NCBI GenBank assembly: GCA_964448705.1
Contig: CAYUZS010000002.1
Coordinates: forward strand, 113,577-177,576
Length of the DNA: 64,000 nucleotides
Source of the DNA: an uncultured Gammaproteobacteria bacterium
GTDB lineage: Bacteria > Patescibacteriota > Microgenomatia > UBA12405
Direction: 5' to 3'
The stretch's first letter is position 1. Each line of letters starts with the position of its first letter. The position numbers were made by a program, and so were the translations under genes. Of the stretch, positions 57,871 through 64,000 are shown piece by piece. The notes under the pieces are model-generated. The model did not search any database. It was not told the origin of the DNA and worked only from the letters and a program-made list of their open reading frames with translations.

Positions 57871-57892
57871 GAAAGTATTTTAGCAGATCAGT

Positions 57893-58357
57893 TTATTTAA
57901 TGGAGACAATTTTGTAAGTGATTTTGCCGATAGGAGCATCAACTTCAAATTCGTCATTCAACTTTTTACCGATCAGGGCAATACCTAAAGGTGATTTATC
58001 AGAAATTTTGTTTTGAGTAGGATCTGATTCCATATGGTTAACGATACTAAATTCTTTTTCCTGTTTGCCGGAAAGTCTGATTTTTACAGTGGCGCCGATT
58101 TCGACGATACTTTTTTTACCGCATTTACCGGTTATAATTTTAGATATTTTAAGGGCTTCATCAATGTTATCGATTTTATCGTTAACGACTTCCAATTCTT
58201 CTTTTAGTTGAGTGGCCAGACCATCTTCTCCTGATTCATCAGGCTGGGCGACTTCTTCTATTTGGGTAATCAGGTGATCATGTCTGCTTTTTAGGGCAAT
58301 TAATTCCTGGGTTAGGCGGTCATAACCTTCCTGAGTCAATAGGTTTTTGTTGTTCAT
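57893..58357 (-). CDS. greA: Transcription elongation factor GreA
   Basis: The LTQEGYDRLTQELIALK N-terminal coiled-coil and a C-terminal FKBP-like domain over 154 aa. Confidence 0.85.
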   Translation of the reverse strand: MNNKNLLTQEGYDRLTQELIALKSRHDHLITQIEEVAQPDESGEDGLATQLKEELEVVNDKIDNIDEALKISKIITGKCGKKSIVEIGATVKIRLSGKQEKEFSIVNHMESDPTQNKISDKSPLGIALIGKKLNDEFEVDAPIGKITYKIVSIK

Positions 58358-58444
58358 TGATTGATAACAAAATAAAAACCTCTCTATTATGAGTAAAAAG
58401 GCTCGTTTTGAACACGAACCAAATTAAAAAGAGAGGCAATCTTT

Positions 58445-59251
58445 ATGAAACGAATATTTCGGATAATAAATCCCAACTTGTTTCATAGGTTTATATATTA
58501 CGGTAACGAATTTGATTTGTCAATTTCAATAAAATTGATAGAATTATTTATGATATTTGGCGATTTCTTCCGAATAACCCCGAAAACCAGGAAGATAAAA
58601 GTGAGGAACAAACAAGGTGTTTTGTACAGTAATCCGGGAATGTTTAAGAAAACAATTTTTTATGTCGGTAATTGGCTTTTAGTGGCAGCCGGATGCATGC
58701 TGGTTTATCTTTATTACCCCTTAGGTAAGGCGATAGTTATGTATGAATGGTCACAAAATTCCCAAAAGGAAAATGTGGCCACGAATATACCATTGCCTAC
58801 CCCAACGCCGCAGCCGGGATTTAATATCACAATCCCTAAAATTTTAGCCAACTCAGAAATTGTGGCCGATGTCTCCCCTTTTAAAAGAGAAGAATATTTG
58901 AAAGTTTTAGAGAACGATGTAGTGGCACAAGCTACGGGGTCGGATAAACCGGGTTTAGGACCGGGAAAAATGACTTATATTTTTGCTCACTCGACAACTC
59001 AAAGTCTGGATATGCTGCGAAAAAACTCAGTATTTTACTTATTGGGTGAATTAAAAAATGACGACATTATATTTATTAACAAAGACGGGGTGGTATATAC
59101 ATATATAGTATATAAGCAAGAAGTGGTTAAGGCGACACAAACCGAATACCTAAAATACAGTGAACCGGATAAAGAAGTTTTGATTTTACAGACCTGTTGG
59201 CCGATAGGAACTAACTGGAAGAGATTGTTAGTATTTGCCAAAAGGGTTTAA
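58445..59251 (+). CDS. Sortase family transpeptidase
   Basis: N-terminal TM anchor. Catalytic His in MTYIFAHST, the TLxTC motif (VLILQTCWP) and a downstream conserved Arg (NWKRLLVFA). Confidence 0.75.
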   Translation: MKRIFRIINPNLFHRFIYYGNEFDLSISIKLIELFMIFGDFFRITPKTRKIKVRNKQGVLYSNPGMFKKTIFYVGNWLLVAAGCMLVYLYYPLGKAIVMYEWSQNSQKENVATNIPLPTPTPQPGFNITIPKILANSEIVADVSPFKREEYLKVLENDVVAQATGSDKPGLGPGKMTYIFAHSTTQSLDMLRKNSVFYLLGELKNDDIIFINKDGVVYTYIVYKQEVVKATQTEYLKYSEPDKEVLILQTCWPIGTNWKRLLVFAKRV

Positions 59252-59314
59252 CCCAACCATTTGGCAGAGAGGCAAGAAAGGTAAAAATCGAAAATTTTAG
59301 GTATACTAAGCAGT

Positions 59315-60430
59315 ATGAACACAGAAGAAAAAGTTAATCTTATTTCCAGAAATTGTCAGGAAATTTTAACCAAAGAAGATTTAGTTAAATTAGTTGAATC
59401 CGGAAAAACGATTCAACATTATATTGGTTTTGAAATATCAGGACTGGTTCATTTGGGAACGGGATTGATGTCGATGGGAAAAATCGCTGATTTTTTACAA
59501 GCCGGAGTTAAATGTAAAATATTTTTGGCAGATTATCATAGCTTTTTAAATAATAAATTGGGCGGTAAATGGGAAGATATCCGCTGGGCATCGGAACATT
59601 ATTTCAAAGAAGCGTTGATTGCTTCATTGAAATGTTTTGGAGTAGAGGAAAATCAGGTGGAATTTGTCAGCGGAAAAGACTTGTACGAGAAAAACCCGAT
59701 ACATTGGCAAAACTTTATGGAGATTGGTAAGCAAGTTACCTTGTCCAGAAATTTAAGAAGTATTTCCATAATGGGTAAAAAACAAGGCAATGATGTGGAT
59801 ATGGCCACTCTTTTTTATCCGCCGCTACAGGTAGCCGACATTGCGACAATGAATGTGAATTTAGCCCATGCCGGAATGGATCAAAGAAAAGCCCATGTGA
59901 TTGCCAGAGAAGCAATTAAAAAAATTCCCGGAGATCATCAAACACCGGTGGCGATACATCAAAATTTAATCGCCGGATTAACAGGGCCGGATATGTCGAC
60001 AAAAGTTAATGATGATAACGAGATTACAGCTGAGGAATCGTTAAAAATGAGCAAATCAAAACCAAATAGCGCAATTTTTGTTCATGATACTCCGGACGAA
60101 ATCAGAGAAAAAATTAAAAAAGCCTACGGACCGCCAAAAGAAGTGAAATTTAATCCCCTGTTAAACTGGGTAAAAACTATTGTTTTTTGGGGAGAAGAAG
60201 AGGGTAATTTTGTAATTGAAAGACCGGAAAAGTTCGGCGGAAATAAAAATTATAGCCGCTACAGCGAGGTAGTAAACGACTATGCCAGCGGAGAATTATT
60301 TCCATTGGATTTAAAAAATTCATTGGCGGAATGGATAATCAAAAAATTAGAACCTGCCAGAGCTCATTTTGAAATTCCTAAAAATAAAGAGGCTTTGGAA
60401 AAAATGAAAACTTTACTTAGTAAGAACTAA
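59315..60430 (+). CDS. tyrS: Tyrosyl-tRNA synthetase, archaeal/eukaryotic-type
   Basis: HIGH-like HYIGFEISGLVHLG, GMDQRKAHVIARE, KMSKS, IERPEKFGG and LFPLDLKNSLAEWIIKKLEP. By recollection this aligns block by block with archaeal TyrRS (M. jannaschii type). Confidence 0.85.
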   Translation: MNTEEKVNLISRNCQEILTKEDLVKLVESGKTIQHYIGFEISGLVHLGTGLMSMGKIADFLQAGVKCKIFLADYHSFLNNKLGGKWEDIRWASEHYFKEALIASLKCFGVEENQVEFVSGKDLYEKNPIHWQNFMEIGKQVTLSRNLRSISIMGKKQGNDVDMATLFYPPLQVADIATMNVNLAHAGMDQRKAHVIAREAIKKIPGDHQTPVAIHQNLIAGLTGPDMSTKVNDDNEITAEESLKMSKSKPNSAIFVHDTPDEIREKIKKAYGPPKEVKFNPLLNWVKTIVFWGEEEGNFVIERPEKFGGNKNYSRYSEVVNDYASGELFPLDLKNSLAEWIIKKLEPARAHFEIPKNKEALEKMKTLLSKN

Positions 60431-61660
60431 ATTTTGCTTCATCAATTCTTTTCGATAGCGGTTGGCAAAACGATGAGCTTCGTCGCGGAGTGACTTTAAG
60501 AGATTAAGAGCTGTGGAATTCTGGGGAAGATTAATTTCCTGCCAATTATCTCCGGATTTAATAACAATCGTTTCAAATTTTTTAGCCAAACCAATAAGAG
60601 GAAGATCCGTAATACCGGAAACAGCCGTAACTTGGGGTTTACCGCCATCAACAACGATCAGATCAGGGGTTTCCCACTCCGGATGCCGGAGACGACGCCA
60701 AACAACTTCTTTTAACATAAACTGATCGTCCGGGGTAACTTTGGTGTTGATTTTGAATTTACGATATTCGGAGGAATCATTGCGACCGTTTTGCCAAACA
60801 ACCATGGAACCGACAAAATATTTATCGACCATTTGGGAAATATCGTAACACTCGATGCGGTTGATTTTAGTTAGAGGCAGAAAAGGTTTGAGAACGGTTA
60901 ATAATTCATTAATCGCCGAACTTTGCCTATCTTCTGGTAATTCCACCTGATCAAAAAGATGGCGTAAGTTTTTCCAACCGGAAACAATATAGTCCAAGGA
61001 TTCAATTTGACGGCGGAGAATTAAAGCGGTCTCATATTCCTGCAGTTTACCCGCCTGAGTCATCTCTTTGACTAACTGCCGGCGTAGAAGGGTGAATTTG
61101 TTGTTGAGAATTTTTTTAATTTTAGTGACAGTCCGACGATAATCGGCAACAGAAATATCGGGGCCAGGGCAAATTCCCAAATGACAGTAGAGGCATTTGG
61201 CAGCACCATGTTTTTTGGTATAAAAAGGGAAAATCCGGCGGATAGTTTTTAGAAGAATTTGAACATCGGAACCGGAGGGAAAAGGACCGTAGAAATCGGA
61301 ATTCTTTGGAATGTTGGAAAGATGTGCTGAAAATATGAGAGGATATTTATCTTTGGTGATGACAATAAAAGAATAGGAACGGTCGTCTTTTAAAAGTGAA
61401 TTGAATTTAGGCCGATATTTTTTGATTAAAGCGGCTTCCAAAATCAGAGCTTCGATTTCCGAGCCGACAATTTTGGTTTCGACTGAGGCAATCTGAGAAA
61501 CTAAAGCGGAAGTTTTTGGCCCGAGAGCATCATCACGCTGGAAATATTGAGTAACCCGCTTTTTGAGATTAATGGCTTTACCGACGTAAATAATTTCCCC
61601 GGAAGAATTCCGATAGAGATAACAACCGGGTGTGGTGGGTAATTTCTGGAGGTTGATCAC
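60413..61660 (-). CDS. uvrC: Excinuclease ABC subunit C, short form (GIY-YIG + Cys-rich + UvrBC domain + start of RNase H-like domain; no (HhH)2)
   Basis: GIY-YIG GCYLYRNSSGEIIYVGKAINLKKRVTQYF and the Cys cluster KCLYCHLGICPGP. It is only 415 aa and ends inside the C-terminal nuclease domain region. Confidence 0.7.
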   Translation of the reverse strand: MINLQKLPTTPGCYLYRNSSGEIIYVGKAINLKKRVTQYFQRDDALGPKTSALVSQIASVETKIVGSEIEALILEAALIKKYRPKFNSLLKDDRSYSFIVITKDKYPLIFSAHLSNIPKNSDFYGPFPSGSDVQILLKTIRRIFPFYTKKHGAAKCLYCHLGICPGPDISVADYRRTVTKIKKILNNKFTLLRRQLVKEMTQAGKLQEYETALILRRQIESLDYIVSGWKNLRHLFDQVELPEDRQSSAINELLTVLKPFLPLTKINRIECYDISQMVDKYFVGSMVVWQNGRNDSSEYRKFKINTKVTPDDQFMLKEVVWRRLRHPEWETPDLIVVDGGKPQVTAVSGITDLPLIGLAKKFETIVIKSGDNWQEINLPQNSTALNLLKSLRDEAHRFANRYRKELMKQNLVLTK

Positions 61661-61699
61661 AAAGTATTATATAATATCCTATAAACTGATGAGATAAAT

Positions 61700-61975
61700 A
61701 TGAAAAGAAGTGAAGATCTGCCAAATAAAATTAAAGATTTGATCGATGACGAAGTGACACAATTGGCTTTTAATAATCTTGGAGTTAGAGAAATCACAAA
61801 CGAAGGAGCTATTGAATTGCCTTCAGTCTTGTCAAAAATGAATGATTCAACAATTAACTATCAGAACATATCTAAAATAGCTAATCGATTTGGGGAAAAA
61901 TTGATACCACCAAAAAATGGCATACACCTGTTTCATGTTTTGCAATCACTGGCTACAAGAGAATGGAAACATTAA
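61700..61975 (+). CDS. Hypothetical small protein
   Basis: A 91-aa ORF with a TATAAT-like element about 15 nt upstream. There is no homology signal. Confidence 0.3.
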   Translation: MKRSEDLPNKIKDLIDDEVTQLAFNNLGVREITNEGAIELPSVLSKMNDSTINYQNISKIANRFGEKLIPPKNGIHLFHVLQSLATREWKH

Positions 61976-64000
61976 CGTTTTAGCAATTTTTTCAGATATT
62001 GGCCAGTGTAGGAACGGGAGCAATTAACAACATCATCAACAGTTCCCTGAACAACAACTTCTCCGCCTTTTTCACCACCTTCCGGACCCATATCAATAAT
62101 CCAATCGGCATTTTTAACAACATCAAGATTGTGTTCGATAACGACAACGGTATTACCCATATCAACTAAACGACGAAGGACTTTAATCAATTTATCGATA
62201 TCATAAAAATGAAGACCGGTGGTCGGCTCGTCAAGAACATACAAAAGACGGCCATTGATCTTTTTTACCAATTCACGGGATATTTTTAATCTCTGAGATT
62301 CCCCTCCCGACAAAGTGTTGGACGGTTGGCCTAATTGAAGATAACCGAGACCGACTTCCTGAATAGTGGCAATTTTCCGACGAAGAGAAGAAATATTTTT
62401 AAAAAACTCCGAAGCTTCATCAAAGGTCATTTTTAATATTTCATCAATGTTTTTATCTTTGTACGTTACTTCCAAAGTTTCGTCTTTAAATCTAGTGCCA
62501 TGACACTCATCGCAAGTGACGTATATATCGGGTAAAAATTGCATTTCTATTTTAATCTGCCCCTGCCCTTGACAGGCTTCACAACGACCGCCTTTGGTAT
62601 TGAATGAAAATCTGCCGGAGTTATAGCCTCTGATTTGAGACTCGGTGGTTTTGGATAAAAGAGTACGGATATCATCAAAAACTTTGGTATAGGTGGCCGG
62701 ATTGCTGCGGGGAGTACGACCAATAGGAGATTGATCGACTAATAAAACATCACTCAAATTTTCAGCACCGGTAATCCGGTCATACTGACCGATAGTGCCA
62801 TAATAAGCGCCAAGAGTGGCCTTGCGAACACCGCCATAAAGAGTATCGTGGACTAAAGTTGATTTGCCGGAACCAGAAACCCCGGTGACACAAACTAGTT
62901 TGTTTAAAGGAAAATCAACATCGATATTTTTTAGATTCCATTGACGACACCCGGAGATATGAATATTGGAAGTACTTTTTTCAGAAAATAAAAATTGGTT
63001 GGCAGCAGCCGCGATAGATTTTTTACCGGATAAATATTGGCCGGTAAGCGATTTTTTGTTGGCCAGAATATCATCCAAGGAGCCTTGAGCAATGATTTCT
63101 CCTCCATTTTTACCGGCATACAAACCAAAATCAACGATATAATCGGCAGAACGGATAACGTCCTCATCATGTTCAACAACAACCAGAGAATTACCGACAT
63201 CTTTTAGTTTCTGTAAAGTGGCAATCAGACGGTCGTTATCACGGGAATGAAGACCGATAGTCGGTTCATCCAAAATATACAGCACACCGGTTAAACCCGT
63301 ACCGATTTGAGATGCTAAACGAATTCTTTGTGACTCACCGGAAGATAAAGTACCGGCTTCCCTTTCCAGAGATAAATAATCCAAACCGACGGCGACTAAA
63401 AATTCCAGTCTGGAACGAAGCTCTTTTTTAATCGGATCGAGAATATCTTTTTCCTGACCACTGGCCAAAAGTTGATCTAAGTTTTCTATCCAATGAAATA
63501 AAGTTTCGATCGGCAGCTGACAGACCTGATAGATATTTTTGCCATCTACAGTAATTGATAAGGCTTCTGGATTGAGACGAGAACCATGACAAACCTGACA
63601 TTCTTTTTTAATCATGTACTGTTCTATTTCTTCCCGAATACCTTCAGAGGAAACATTGAAGTATCGATTTTCAAGCATTTTTGCCTTCCATTCGGGAAAT
63701 TTGGAACGATCTACCTGAAATTTGGAACCTAAACCTTTACATTCAGGACAAGCACCCTGAGGGGAATTAAATGAGAAAAGACGGGGTTCAATTATTGGCA
63801 GAGATAAATTACAAACCGGACAGGCATAATTTTCTGAAAATAAAGTATCGATTAAATCTACCGGTTTTTCGGGGAAATCCAAGGAGACATCATTAACTTT
63901 AACTACTAGACAGAGACCATTGCTTAATTTTAAAGCTGCTTCAACATCATCTATTAAACGGCCATAAAGATCGGATTCATTTTTTAACGATTCTTTTGTA
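61972..64000 (-). CDS. uvrA: Excinuclease ABC subunit A, N-terminally truncated by window end
   Basis: The zinc finger CPVCNLSLPIIEPRLFSFNSPQGACPECKGLG and two ABC signature/Walker B sets. The reading frame stays open from 63882 to 64000 (...GRLIDDVEAALKLSNGLCLVVKVNDVSL), so the gene continues off-window. The ORF track's apparent Met at 63882 is a TTG codon. Confidence 0.9.
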   Translation of the reverse strand, partial: TKESLKNESDLYGRLIDDVEAALKLSNGLCLVVKVNDVSLDFPEKPVDLIDTLFSENYACPVCNLSLPIIEPRLFSFNSPQGACPECKGLGSKFQVDRSKFPEWKAKMLENRYFNVSSEGIREEIEQYMIKKECQVCHGSRLNPEALSITVDGKNIYQVCQLPIETLFHWIENLDQLLASGQEKDILDPIKKELRSRLEFLVAVGLDYLSLEREAGTLSSGESQRIRLASQIGTGLTGVLYILDEPTIGLHSRDNDRLIATLQKLKDVGNSLVVVEHDEDVIRSADYIVDFGLYAGKNGGEIIAQGSLDDILANKKSLTGQYLSGKKSIAAAANQFLFSEKSTSNIHISGCRQWNLKNIDVDFPLNKLVCVTGVSGSGKSTLVHDTLYGGVRKATLGAYYGTIGQYDRITGAENLSDVLLVDQSPIGRTPRSNPATYTKVFDDIRTLLSKTTESQIRGYNSGRFSFNTKGGRCEACQGQGQIKIEMQFLPDIYVTCDECHGTRFKDETLEVTYKDKNIDEILKMTFDEASEFFKNISSLRRKIATIQEVGLGYLQLGQPSNTLSGGESQRLKISRELVKKINGRLLYVLDEPTTGLHFYDIDKLIKVLRRLVDMGNTVVVIEHNLDVVKNADWIIDMGPEGGEKGGEVVVQGTVDDVVNCSRSYTGQYLKKLLKR

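Noticed and set aside
58358-58444. Inverted repeat CCTCTCT...AGAGAGG (58377-58383 and 58430-58436) in the greA/sortase divergent intergenic region as a regulatory hairpin.
   Set aside because: The arms are only 7 bp, separated by about 46 nt of AT-rich spacer. Such a pairing is expected by chance in purine- and pyrimidine-biased sequence. There is no supporting conservation or adjacent T-run.
1-64000. CRISPR arrays, IS elements, prophage genes, toxin-antitoxin pairs and defence-system signatures.
   Set aside because: No direct-repeat/spacer periodicity was seen by eye. There are no transposase, integrase, Cas, restriction-modification or abortive-infection-like proteins among the ORFs. All sizeable ORFs are accounted for by glycosylation, envelope or housekeeping functions.

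Overview
This window reads as a low-GC, gene-dense bacterial chromosome segment, about 90% coding. It has operon-style start/stop overlaps, no rRNA or tRNA genes, no CRISPR array and no recognisable mobile element. UGA is used as a stop codon and an intact RF2 gene is present, so the standard genetic code applies. The gene content suggests a Patescibacteria/CPR-like genome: an archaeal-type TyrRS, a shortened UvrC, and very many PMT/ArnT-like membrane glycosyltransferases. That lineage call is an inference.

The first ~37.6 kb (1-37628) is one continuous surface-glycosylation super-locus. It contains 11 GT2 glycosyltransferases, one of them cut by the window edge, and two of them resembling DPM1/ArnC polyprenyl-phosphate sugar synthases. 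It also contains 2 GT4 enzymes and 6 paralogous GT39/PMT-like GT-C membrane transferases in a divergent array, with a 7th paralog at 49.5 kb. Also present are three further GT-C-like proteins, one ArnT-like and a tandem pair; a pair of paralogous large membrane proteins of a second family; a Wzx-like flippase; and two tandem B12-binding radical-SAM enzymes.

Downstream is a cell-envelope block. A DUF11-like secreted protein carries an IPATG-type sorting signal and sits behind a near-consensus sigma70 promoter. FtsE and FtsX are followed by a coiled-coil hydrolase with a C39-like Cys/His domain, analogous to PcsB/CwlO. Next come an LCP family protein, a CxxC thioredoxin-like protein, a cyclophilin lipoprotein and a second C39-like protein.

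The last ~18 kb is housekeeping: typA, a HIT protein, a NrnA-like DHH phosphoesterase, secA, serS, lysS, greA, a sortase, archaeal-type tyrS, a short uvrC and a partial uvrA.

The main hunt result is the glycosylation super-locus. Its combination of lipid-phosphate-sugar synthases, a large GT-C paralog family with conserved DE-loop and C-terminal domains, and B12-radical-SAM enzymes looks like an undescribed protein or cell-wall O-glycosylation system, possibly with C-methylated sugars.
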